Source of the DNA: Callorhinchus milii
Taxonomy: Eukaryota
Assembly (NCBI RefSeq): GCF_018977255.1
Contig: NW_024704743.1
Coordinates: 47,122,001-47,186,000 of the forward strand
Reading direction: 5' to 3'
DNA length: 64,000 bases
This document shows, in pieces, positions 52,707-64,000 of the stretch. The notes beneath the pieces were generated by a model. It was given only the letters and a program-made list of their open reading frames with translations, was not told the DNA's origin and did not search any database. How positions within the stretch are numbered: the stretch's first letter is position 1; each line of letters begins with the position of its first letter. The position numbers and the translations under genes are program-made.

Positions 52707-53317
52707 AATTCTTATCTTCTGCCAGTTTGGCTTTGTAGATTCACCAGGCAGCCACTGGCTTGATGTCTATCACAGACCCCGTCGGCAAGAATGTCCCAGG
52801 GAGCTGCTGAAGACAGATGTGCATCTCGTGACACCTGATCCTACAAACATCTGTGCCAGCTGGGTACTGTGGAAATCAAGTGGAACTCAAAGCAACAGGA
52901 TGCCATACAGGAGAAATCACCTTCAATGTAAACCATCCACCACGATGAGGATTAAAAAGTGGGTAGAATACTTGCACCCACCCATGTCTGTGCTTCCCAT
53001 TTCCTTTAACAGTCAGTGGTATGTAAAAGGAGGCACATTATTACACTGTCAAAAATACCATCTTTGTCAATGTACATTGATATCTGGATCCCTCTTGCCT
53101 TCCACAGAAATAGAAGCTGGCTGACTCATGACCACCACTAAATTCACTACTTCAGTGTTTCACTGCTTGTCGCCCGGATGCCATCTTAACTCACCTCCCA
53201 GCACCAGAAGAGAGTGATCTTTCACTTAGTGTTTATTCCTATTGTGATATGAGCTATCAGGAATACAATAGGTATTTCAACAGAAATATTAAGTACCAAA
53301 GTCAACACAGCACATTA

Positions 53318-53748
53318 ACAATAATAATAAATAATAATAATCCTTGCATTTTATATAATGCCTCATCATATTCTCAAAACGTCTCAACACACTTCATTTT
53401 GTCTGTAAAGTGCAATAACTATATTTTGTAGGCAAACACAGCAGGCAATTTGTTCACTGCAAAGTCCACAAATGACCATAACGTGAATGACCTGGAGGAT
53501 TGTTGACCAGGACACCAGGAGAAACTACTTTCTTTTTTTTCCGAAGAGTGCCACAGGATCTTTAATGTCCACCTGAACTGGCAGACAGGACGTTTCTCAT
53601 ATGAAAATCAACACTTCGGACATTGCAACACTCCTGTAGCATTGCACTGGAGCATCAGCCTAGAAATCATCCTGGACTCTGAGGGGCTTGAACTCAAAAC
53701 ACTCAGATTTAAAAGCGGAAATGCTACCAATTGAGCCAGTCATCACCT
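53318..53748 (-). mobile_element. Deu-domain SINE, near full length
   Basis: ccaggacaccaggagaaact...ggatctttaatgtccacctgaactggcagac core and head. Further fragments near 8170-8520, 11130-11330, 16338-16556, 18760-18978, 34420-34640, 47860-48160 and 62310-62500. Confidence 0.75.
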
Positions 53749-54096
53749 CAAAAAAGTCTATGAGGTTAATCAGACAAGATCTACCCCTTCTGAACCAACA
53801 ACATGTTGGCTGTCAGTTATTAAATTATCTTTGTATAAATAATCTTAGATTTTCTTACTGATGTCTGACTCCATCATTTTTCCAATTCTTCAAGTCAGGA
53901 TTATGACCAGGAATGATTCTGTCACCTTTCTTGAATAGGAAATGAGATTACCTTATTTCCAGTGTGCTGTAAACTTCCTAATGGTAACTGACTCTCTCAT
54001 TATGTCTATCAGTGCTACATAAATTTCCTACCTTCTATCTAATTATCTTGGGTAGAAAGAGTGATGGATAGATACTTGGATTAGTAGAGGTATTAA

Positions 54097-56363
54097 CAAC
54101 AACAACAACAAGATTCCATTTATAGAGCGCCTTTCACGTCAGGAGGACGTCCCAAGGCACTGGACAGTTGGATCAGGACCCGAACAAGGGGGAAATGGTC
54201 AGGGTGAGGGGAGGGAAGGGAGGGAGCGAGGAGGGGGTAAAGTCGAGAGGGGACCTGAAGGCACAGTCAAAGAGAAAGGTCTTGAGACCGGCCTTGAAGG
54301 AGAAAAGGGAGGAAGTAAGGCGAAGGCACTGGGGGATGGAGTTCCAGAGCCTAGGGGCTGAGAGGCTGAAGGCCCGGCCACCGATGGTAGGGCGGTTGGG
54401 GCGGGGGATGTGGAGCAGACCGGAGCCAGAGGAACGGAGGGTACGGGCAGGTAGGTAGGGGGATAGTAGGTTGGAGAGGTAGGAGGGAGCAAGGCCGTGA
54501 ATGGCCTTGTAGGTGAGGATGAGGATCTTGAATTCGATCCTCTGGGGGATGGGGAGCCAGTGGAGGCGAGCGAGGGTGGGAGTGATGTGGTCCCGAAGCC
54601 TGGTGCGGGACAGTACACGAGCTGCAGAGTTCTGAATGACCTGCAGCTTGTGGAGGGAGGTGCCGGGAAGGCCGGCGAGGAGAGAGTTCCCATAGTCCAG
54701 CCTTGAGGTGATAAAGGCGTGGACCAGAGTTTCAGCAGCGTGAGGGGTGAGGTAGTGCCGTAGTCTGGCGATGTTTCGGAGGTGATGGAAGGCGGTGCCA
54801 GTTGTGGCGCGGATATGAGGAAGAAAGGACAGCTCAGGGTCGAACAGAACACCGAGGTTCCTGACTGGCTTTGAGAGGTGGAGAGTGCAGCCTTGGATGC
54901 TGATGCTGTCAGCGCCTGAGGTGCGGAGGCGCTGACGTGAGCCAATCAGGAGGGCCTCAGTTTTGCACACGTTGAGCTGAAGAAAGTTGTCTCTCGTCCA
55001 GGACTCGATGTCGGACAGGCAGGCTGTCAGGACATCGGTGGTCGTGGAGTTGAGGGTAGAGGAGGAAAGGTAGAGTTGGGTGTCATCCGCATACATGTGG
55101 AAGTTAACCCCATGTCTGCGGATGATGTCACCAAGGGGGAGCATATAGAGGGTGAAGAGGAGGGGACCGAGGACAGAGCCCTGAGGGACACCGCACGAGA
55201 CAGTGCGGGGGCTGGAGGAAAAGCCGTTTGTGGAAACAAAATGAAGATGGTGGGAGAGGTACGACCTAAACCACTCAAGGACAGGGCCTTGAAGGTTGAG
55301 GTGGGAGGACAAGCGGTGGAGGAGGATAGCGTGGTCGACCGTATCGAATGCTGCTGATAGGTCGAGGAGGACGAGGAGGCAGAAGGAGTCCTGGTCGCAG
55401 ATGGTCAAGATGTCATTGGTGACCTTGACCAGGGTGGTTTCTGTGCTATGGGCAGCACGGAAACCCGACTGAAGGGGTTCGAATAATGCATGGGTGGAGA
55501 GGAAAGAGCGCAGCTGGGAGGCGACAACTCTTTCAAGGACCTTGGACAGGAAGGGGAGGTTGTAGGTGGGCCAGCAGCTTGATAGCTGCGACGCATCAAG
55601 GGAGGGTTTTTTCAAAGTGGGAGTGATGTTTTTAGGGGAATGGGAACAGAGCCAGAGGAAAGGGACAGGTTGATGATGTCTGTGATAAGTGGGGCAAGGA
55701 GGTGGAGCTGAGAGATAAGGAGTGGAGTGGGGATGGGGTCAAGGGAGCAGGTGGTGGATTTCAGGGACAGGATGAGTTTGGTGACAGAGGGTGGGGAAAC
55801 GGGTTCAAATGTGTGTAGGGGAGGATGGGTAGGAGTCGGAGTGTGGGAGGGAAGGGGTGGGGGGCTGGGTGGAAGTTGGAGTGGGAGTGACCACGGAGCA
55901 GATTCCCTTGATTTTGGATTCAAGGAAATCCAGCATCTCCTCCCCGGGGTAGCGGGGGGGACGGAGGAGTCGGGATGTGGTTGAAAACAGAAGCCTGGGG
56001 TTGTTCTTCGCCTTCAGGATTATCCTGGAGTAGAAGGACGACTTGGCCGAGGCAAGAGTGGAGCCGTAGATTTTGAGGAGGTCCAGCCAGATTTGTCGGT
56101 GGACCGTTAGGCCAGATTTGAGGCAGGTGCATTCAGCGGCTCGCACCTGGCTCTTCAGTGAGCGGAGGTGGGTGGTGAACCAGGGGGAGGAGCGAGAGTA
56201 GGAGACAGTACGGGAGGTGATGGGGGCAAGAGTGTCGAGTGTGGAGGAGAGGGTGTTGTGGAGGAGGGTGAGAGCAGAAGAGGGGTCAGTGAGGGTTGAA
56301 GGCCAGAGGGAGAGAAGTTCAGAGGACTCCAAGGCAGCGGTTAGGGATTGTGGGGGTAACTTC
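54097..56363 (-). mobile_element. L2-clade LINE, 5'-truncated young copy (part of ORF2, 3' UTR and (GTT)n tail)
   Basis: ORF 54173..55615 carries RT motifs [39 protein letters not shown] and the L2-type C-terminus [13 protein letters not shown]...LKTFLF. Upstream ORF2 pieces lie in ORFs 55612..55923 and 55805..56332 (two frameshifts). (AAC)n tail at 54097-54110; TATTAA at both 54091-54096 and 56364-56369. Confidence 0.95.
54173..55615 (-). pseudogene. L2 ORF2 reverse transcriptase and C-terminal region (open 480 codons, no true start, no endonuclease domain)
   Basis: Track ORF starts at a TTG just after a frameshift; YADD intact; the usual YRPISNLP motif reads CWPTYNLP. Confidence 0.9.
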
Positions 56364-59189
56364 TATTAAGAGGTATGGCAAAAGGGCAGGGTCTACCAAG
56401 GATCTAATAAACTAGTGGAACCGGCTCGATGGGCTAATTAGGCTCCTCTTGTTTGCCTTTTTCCATATTCCTATAACTTTGTGACAGTCCTTGAAATTAG
56501 CTAAAATACAGCAATTGGGCTGGTGGAGAAAGTAAGAGATCTGGCACGTTTCCACTCACAAACATCTGGAGAGTGCACCGGTGTGGACATCAAATGAGGG
56601 CAGAATGCGGCTCAGCTGTGATGCCCCAAACAGTTGATTAGACTATTGCCATTCACTGAGTATCCAGGCTCACATATGGTCATTTGGGCTTTTGGTATCA
56701 GAGGGCTGCTGGCACCCATAGCACAATGGCCATCATGAGATACAACATTCAGGAAAAGTAGAAAAAAGTAATGGGGAAAAGAAAATCAAGAACTAAATAA
56801 GTTATGGAGAAAGGAATGGTTCTAAAGTAATTTGCAAACATTCACTTCTTACTCTATTGTGACCATCAGACAATACACAGGAGGGTGTGAAAGCAGTCAG
56901 GAAGCACTGTAAGCGTGAGTGAAATCCAATGGTCTAGTCAAGATACACATAACGAGAACGTGGGAGCTGTCAAGTAATGCAGAGGTCAGAGAGTGGGCTA
57001 GACCCACAAAAGCAAGATTCCTTACAAGATTATGCTGTGTTCTTAATCCACAGATTCCATGTGGCCTGGAATGTGTTAGCACACACATTGAGGGCCAATA
57101 GGTGATAGATAACCAATTACACTTAATGTTTATATTTATACTCCATATTAATTAGCACATGCCTCAGTTGTGAAAATGTCACTAGCAAGTACAGAATACA
57201 GTAATGACACAGACTATTTGCTCTTACTTAGCAAAGTGTTATACACTGAATAAAGGATACCGTGAGCAAAGGGAAGATAGATAACCCTGAATAGCCTCAG
57301 TGGCAAACTCATAATTACTCATAATCTGCCTAAAGTACAACTCTGAAGAAGAATAGAAGAAATGCAGCTCAACTGTAGTATCTTTAGAAGAAGATACTGG
57401 AAGAGATACTGGAGCAAAAATAATAGTAATAATCCTTGTATTTGATACAGTGCCTCATCAGATTCTCAAAACGTCTCAAAGTGCTTTCCAGGCTTTACTG
57501 TAATAAAATATAATAATAATAATCCTTGCATTTAATATAGTGCCTTATCATGTGATTAGGACGACTCATTGCAGGTCACAAGAATTTACACTTGTAAAGT
57601 CCAGTGACTATATTTTTTGCGCACAGCAAAGTCCCACAAACAGCCATAAAGTGATCGGGTCTTATGCCCTTGCTGATTCAGACTTTGGCAATGTAAACAG
57701 ATACAATTAATACTATATTTGCCTGGCTCCACTGGCTCCGCATCCCCCAGTATCCTAGCCAAAAATCCTCAAGCTAAATTGTTCATTCACCTCATGGCTG
57801 TTTGGGAAACTTGTTGTATGCAAATTGGCTTCCACATTTGTCTCCAAAAAAGTCACTGCACTTGACAGTAATTGCTGTAAGCTCTGTAAAACGTGATAAG
57901 TATCTATAAATATTCTAGTTCTTCTAAAGATACCACAGTGGAGCTGTATTTCGTCTAATGGAAATGTGGAATTTATTTTTTTTAAAAACTTTCTTTTGGA
58001 AAATCATTGGTGCTCAATTGGCCGATGCACGTCAATGCTGAGGAACTCAACACATTTTTGTTAACACCAATCGCACATTTTGAAGTTTGACACAAATGAA
58101 TGCGGGTATAGGTGAATGTGCAACATCTGCACATTGGATAACCACCACCTCAGCAACCGCAGCATGATAATGTTTTGTGACTCAGGGTACACCAGTCAAT
58201 CTGAACTAAGAAAAGAACGAGCCTAAAACCGAAATGTTAGAGAGAAAAAAACTTCCCAAGTCCCTGACCAGATGGTGAGTACCAACTCCCTACCCTTTCT
58301 GGGCATCTTCCAGCCAGGGACTGTGGCTGAGACCTGGGCTGGAATCGAGTATTGGGGAGAGAAGGCTGATACGGTGAGTGTGTGGGAACGGGGGAACAAG
58401 GGGGGAAGAAGGACTAATTGTTTGTATAACTATGGAGGGAGGGACAGGGGAGAAGGAGGAATTGTGGCAGTGTGCGGTAGTATATTACAGAATAAATATC
58501 TCTGGAAGTAGTTATTGCTTAATGTGAGTCATTTTGTATTTGGCATGATCACCTTGCATCATGTCACAATGGGGTTTGTTACAATTAGTGCAGCTATCAA
58601 ACTTTCTAATAATGAAACTAATATTAAACTTTTCTTTCAGTTTGGTTGCTTTCATTCTTTTTTTTCATCAGCCAGATGTCTGATACATTCAAAATAACCA
58701 TAACCATTAACAATGCTTAAGAGTATCCAAACCAGACTGAGAATTCTATGCATCCCACCTCCACATAGAAATTCCCATGTCTGGATTGGAGAAAGGCCTC
58801 TGGCTGGTACATTTCTGGCAAATGTCTTCAAAACTCAGTGCCACAATGCACACCTGAGTGTCAGCATCTATATTGACAGCTGCGGTCAAGGAACGCGCAC
58901 TGGCATAGACAACAAAGAAATAAGAGAAAAAAGAGTGACTCTCACACTTAAAACAATTTTTATTCCTCCCCCAAACATTATAGGTTAGAATTCCAATATT
59001 CCTAAATCATGAAAATTTCTTAAAATTGCAAGGCAAAATACCATTTTTCATTTATCACCAACAATAATTAAGGAACAAACTGTGTTTAGGAAAATCACAA
59101 TTTTTACCCCTTTTGTTAAAAAACATAAGTGCAGTATTAAAAACAATTATAATAATGTCACCCTCCTCTCCTGAAGGCACTGGTACAGT

Positions 59190-59385
59190 AAATAATAATC
59201 CTTGCATTTGATATAGCGCCTTATCACATCTTTGAAATGTCTGAAAGCGCTTCACAGAATATACTGTAAGGTGTATTGCCTATATACTTTGTGGGAGAAA
59301 TGCGGCAGCCATTTGCACACAGCAGTGTCCCATAAGCAGTCATGGACCAATTTTTTTAAAGATTTTTTTGAAGGGATTATTATCA
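59190..59385 (-). mobile_element. SINE 3' half
   Basis: aataatccttgcatttgatatagcgcc...cagcagtgtccca. Confidence 0.85.
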
Positions 59386-60314
59386 AAAGTTTTGAGACGT
59401 CTCAAAGCGCTTCACCGAATATACTGTAAAGTTAATTGACTGTGTATTTTATGGTTAGGCTGGGCTATGGTTGCACAGGTCTTGACTATTCTCCAGGATC
59501 TCATTCCAAGCTGCTACACAGTTAGCTGTGATTAGCAAACTCAGCATGGACAGGGGTCGAGCACATGACTCATTTCACACAGAGTAATGACCTTATCAAC
59601 TGAGCCGTCGACAAAGACAGCCTGTCACAATTGCAACAAGTACCAAATAGGTTCCTAGTGATTTTTGACCCGATAATCCACTTTAACCTTAACATTTAGA
59701 TTGCACAGAATTGTGCAAAATTCTTCAATTTAGTCTTAGTTTAAAATCCAGTACAGCTTTCAAGTTAAGACAGAATTTAACAATTTTCCACAATTTTGCA
59801 CAATCGTACATTTTAAAACAATATAGGCTCACTAGCTTGAAATATCAGGCCCCAGCAGAGGCCTAAAGGAATTTAAGCACCACACTGGGTAGTTAGAGGT
59901 ATATCACAAGACATTGATATCACATGAGTGTGATACACAGGTTGTCACGTTCTTTTAACAATGTAAAATAGCAACATCATGACAAACACAGTGGAGAGCA
60001 GAGGTCTGCCTCTGATGTCTCACTGATTACGTTTCTACTGCCACTAATGCTCATCGATTCACGTCTAACACTACCTTGTGGAGTTGTTCTCACAGTCCTC
60101 CATAAACCTCAATTGATATCAGAAATTACTTTTAAGCTGAATTTATAGCATCACATCGACATGAAAAGTGTAGTAGACAACGCATAAAATAATGCAACAC
60201 AGCTGCTGGAAACAGGAGGGGTCAGATCTTATGACCAGGTCATTCCTGCATTGTAAACTGTTAACTGTGTAAATAATTGTTATTACTTTTAAAGAACTCT
60301 TCATATTGACACAG

Positions 60315-60421
60315 CGTGGGAACAATAAGACCTGCATACACCCTTCAAGCTAAAGTCTTAGCCAGGCCATCAAGGAACGGGACCAAATTGTTGCCAGCAT
60401 GGCGAAAGGGAGAAGTGGAAG
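60315..60421 (+). other. Candidate exon with a possible start codon (MAKGRSG...)
   Basis: Donor AAG|gtgagt, acceptor gacacag; ATG at 60399 in strong context gccagcATGg after an in-frame TAA. Confidence 0.28.
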
Positions 60422-63127
60422 GTGAGTTGGTCAGGGTGTGTATCAATGTATTTCCTACAGCTCACCTCAATCCGTCAATACAGAAGTCTGATTCCAGTTT
60501 AAGCAATGATTTCCCATCCTTCCCCAGGAGAATGCAAAAGTAATTTATAATGCTGCAAAAAATATTAATTGTATATATAAAATATAACACTGACAGGGTA
60601 TATAAAACTACAAACCGCAATAAGGTGGTGCAGGTTGTCAGAGAGAGTGCACACAGAGAGATCAGTGTCTGCTCAACCCACTCAGAATAACTCAAAGGAA
60701 CTATAGCAACTACAAAACCGCAAGCCTTACCAAAGTGGCGCATCACTCACTAAGTGTTTATCAAGTGCAGAATGAAGTAAAAATAGGAGGCACGTGTACA
60801 CCACGGATGGAGGAAAAGTCACAAGGGAAGATTGAAAGAGTCCTGAAGTTATTTGCCTCATCATTCTACTTTGTGAAATGATCCTCGGAAGAGGTAATCA
60901 AACTGTATAATGCTCTATACTGACATATCCATATACTCCATACTGACATCTAATGAAGTGCTGGGCGGGGGGGAGTGTTCTGTTCATGATCACTGTCCTT
61001 TCTCTGCTGGAAAGTGTATCCAGTAAGGAAAGGATTGGGCTCGGTTGCAATACCGCCTCTAAATATGAATATCACTGTCTCAGTTCATGCATGGACAGTC
61101 ACTGGCAAGGTAGTGGAGGGTGGCCAGTGATTGTACAATTGTAGTACAGAACTCCTGCAAGAGTGACTAACTTTACAAGGAGCGAGGAGCTTGCCGGAGC
61201 AGAAAATGGGGAGGGGAGAAGTTTTGAAAAGTATGGATGATAAACCATACTGCTAAAAATCTGAGGCAAAACAACGAATGAGTGATACAATAGAGGGCTT
61301 CAGAAGGCCAGCTGTGATATCATTGTTTTCAGTACCACTTGCTACCTCTGCTTTTGGCACAAGGGCTGTTAAGCAAGGTGTGACAGTGAAGCTGGAGACA
61401 TGGGGAGATCCTCCACAGTTGATACGCTCCGCCTTTCCCTTTAATAAAATACTGCTTGTCATGACAAGTGCGGACACAATGCTCCATTATGTTCCTGTTT
61501 GCTGCTATAAGGATATTGGATATCAGAGCCAGGGAAAAGATACTATTATTCCTTCAGACTGGGCCGATTTCAAACCCAGAGGTGAAAAATGAATTTTAAT
61601 CAATGATATTCACAAACTGTGTTGCTTTGCAAATATCAGTTGCCGTTTAGGCAATGATAGCCTACTAACAAATCTGAAACCAGGCCGACAAATCTCATGG
61701 ACTAGGCCCCAGTGTTCTAACTTCATACATCACACACTCTCCTATTGAGTGGTTTCCAATGGTCACCATTTGAAACATTCTCCACTACTGTCAATGGCTT
61801 ACATAGAGCTTCAATTTCATGGGGTATGTAAATGTCTACATAACGTGGAATAATTTGCTCATTCATCATGTTTTTTACCGCCAGTAGCTATCAGTATAAT
61901 CTAATTCTTGGAATACTGACTGCGGCAGAATTTCTGGAAGGTTATCAAAAAACTATTTGTATACAATTACAGAGAAATTAATTGTGCACCATTTATCATA
62001 CAATGCTGATGCAGCATTTTGAGAAATAGCTTCCCTGCTTGTTTCCTGAAGACAGTGATTTATGTTCGGATACAGTTCCATAGGGCCAACAGCTCACCTA
62101 AGTGACCGTTCTTCATGCATAATGTTAGGCAGTGAGTGGCAGCTGGCTATTCAACCATACGAGCAGCACAGCCAAGCCTGATTCTGTCCTCTCCACAATC
62201 ATTCACTCCCCAGCAGCTTTCATTGAAAACTATCAGTAATAACAGCTCTATTCTTCTACTTGTGAGTCCAGTAACATTGAAGCCACTGTTGCCCTAAAAA
62301 ACTTTCATGCCTTGTTGCCGAGTTGATGTCTTTTGGATGAGATAGTAAAACCGAGGTCCTGTCTGCCTATTCAAATGGATGTTAAAGACACAATAACACC
62401 AACTGAAAGACAAGGTAGTTTCTCCTGGCTACCAATCCCCCAGATTAATTGGTTATTTACCTTATGTTTGTTTGTGACAACTCATCAATTACTGCCCACA
62501 AGAACTTAATTTCAAAGAAAAACATTTCCAAATCTGTTCTAGGCAATAACTAAAATGTCACTTATAACACAACTTTCATGCATCTCAAAACACTCAGCAC
62601 CAGTATACCCTGAGCAGACAAACTAGGGATTTACAGAAGGTGACTGAAGAAACGGACATAGATAAATGTTTTTATAAAGTTTTTGAAGGCATGGAGAGAG
62701 GTAATAAATTATATTATTTGAAAACATATAAAGCCAGTTTCGATCATATGGCCTGTGCATGTCATGCAGACAAAGTCTGATAATAATGAGAAATGTCATA
62801 AATATTACCAGGTTAAAACAGGTCACTGGGCTATAAAGCAACCATGTTTAATATGCAAATTCTTTATCAACAGTTTGCACCCAAGTGAAAAATTCCCTTG
62901 TCATTAGTTGCATAAATATATTAGCATATGAACTGTCCTGCCATTGAGTTAATCTTTTATTACTTCCATATGCTTTCCTATCTTAGTGCAATCTTGTTTT
63001 TCTTGTCTTTTACCTTATAATATAGCCGATATTGGCTTTTTCAATTTGATTTTAATTGCGTAAGGGGAAATGTCTTTACTGATATTGCTGTTTGTCTTTT
63101 GTATCAAATACATAGCTGGTGAAATAG

Positions 63128-64000
63128 TTTCTCCTCTAGCACACGCACCGTCTCGTGTGGCATTCCTCAGGGCTCTGTCCTTGATCCCTCCTCTTCAATA
63201 TCTATATGCTCCCTCTTGGTGACATCATCTGCAGACACGGGCTCAACTTCCACATGTATGAGGATGACACCCAACTCTCTCTCTCTGCCTCCACCCTTGA
63301 CTCCAGGGCCACTGCTGTCCTGACAGAATGTCTGTCAGACATCGTCCTGGATGAGAGATAACTTTCTTCTTTTGAACGTCAACAAGACCGAGGCTCTCCT
63401 GATTGGTTCCCATCAGAGCCTCCACACCTCAGGCGCTGACAGCATCACCATCCATGGTTGCACACTCCACCTTACTAAGCCAGTCCGGAACCTTGGGGTC
63501 TTGTTTGACCCTCAACTATCCTTTCTAACCCACATCCATGCAATGACCCAACATCACCTGGCTCCGCCACTGTCTCACACCGCAGGCCGCCGAGACCCTC
63601 ATACATGAATTCACAACATCCAGACTCAACTATGTAAACTCCCTGCTTGTCAGACTCCCCAGCTCCTCCCTCTAGGCTGCAGATCATCCAGAACTCTGCA
63701 GCCCATGTCCTCTCCCACACCAGACTCTGTGACCCTATCACCCCCATCCTCGCCCGACTCCACTGGCTTCCCATCACACAGAGGATACAGTCCAAGACCC
63801 TGGTTCTCACCTTCAAAACCCTCCAGGCCTCGCTCCCCACTACCTCTGTGACCTCCTAACCCCCTACCATCCTGCCCGCTCCCTCCACTCAGCGGGCTCC
63901 AGACTGCTTGATGTCCCCAACCTCGCCCGCCCCACTATTGGCGGGCGGGCCATTAGCCACTCTGCCCGCATCCTCTAGTACTCCATCCCGCAGTCCCTCT
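63128..64000 (+). mobile_element. L2 LINE fragment, degenerate RT C-terminal half, runs off the window end
   Basis: ORFs 63351..63608 ([18 protein letters not shown]...[10 protein letters not shown]) and 63647..63859 (LQIIQNSAAH...[12 protein letters not shown]) match the 54-55 kb L2 in the opposite orientation. Confidence 0.92.

Larger units (their letters stand above)
54050..56475 (+). mobile_element. CR1 3' end split by the L2 insertion (54050-54096 and 56364-56475)
   Basis: gatggatagatacttgg...gaggtattaa resumes as tattaagaggtatgg...ggctcgatgggctaattaggctcctct. Confidence 0.75.

Noticed and set aside
54199..54945. 248-aa Ser/Pro-rich overlapping ORF
   Set aside because: Alternative frame of the pyrimidine-rich L2 ORF2 strand.
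61369..61438. Minus-strand peptide ERRSVSTVEDLPMSPASLSHLA*, resembling the STAT Ser727 PMSP region in a phase-2 exon
   Set aside because: Only a short motif match, a weak aag acceptor, and no SH2 or phosphotyrosine exon visible upstream in the window; worth revisiting only if a STAT gene lies just beyond 64000.

Overview
Eukaryotic (vertebrate) genomic DNA of roughly 40% GC, dominated by retroposons. The repeat content points to a cartilaginous fish, plausibly a chimaera; this is inferred from remembered repeat families, not from a search. The window holds CR1 and L2 LINE fragments, including a young 5'-truncated L2 at 54097-56363 with an uninterrupted 480-codon RT/C-terminal frame and a TATTAA target-site duplication. 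It also holds about 12 copies of a tRNA-headed CORE-type SINE in long and short forms, older Deu-domain and AmnSINE2-like SINEs, and at least 8 copies of a palindromic MITE-like element. No complete host gene could be recognised. Several well-formed splice-site pairs exist. The best is a minus-strand exon at 24295-24455 encoding a stalk plus a transmembrane segment, which can be chained in phase with other candidate exons into a hypothetical small membrane protein. Most ORFs in the track are repeat-derived or spurious. The most interesting signals are SINE module and tail sharing with L2, a four-layer nested insertion, the MITE family, an isolated pre-miRNA-sized hairpin and several short local duplications. 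I found no clear evidence of a wholly new biological system. Repeat boundaries are approximate (read by eye).
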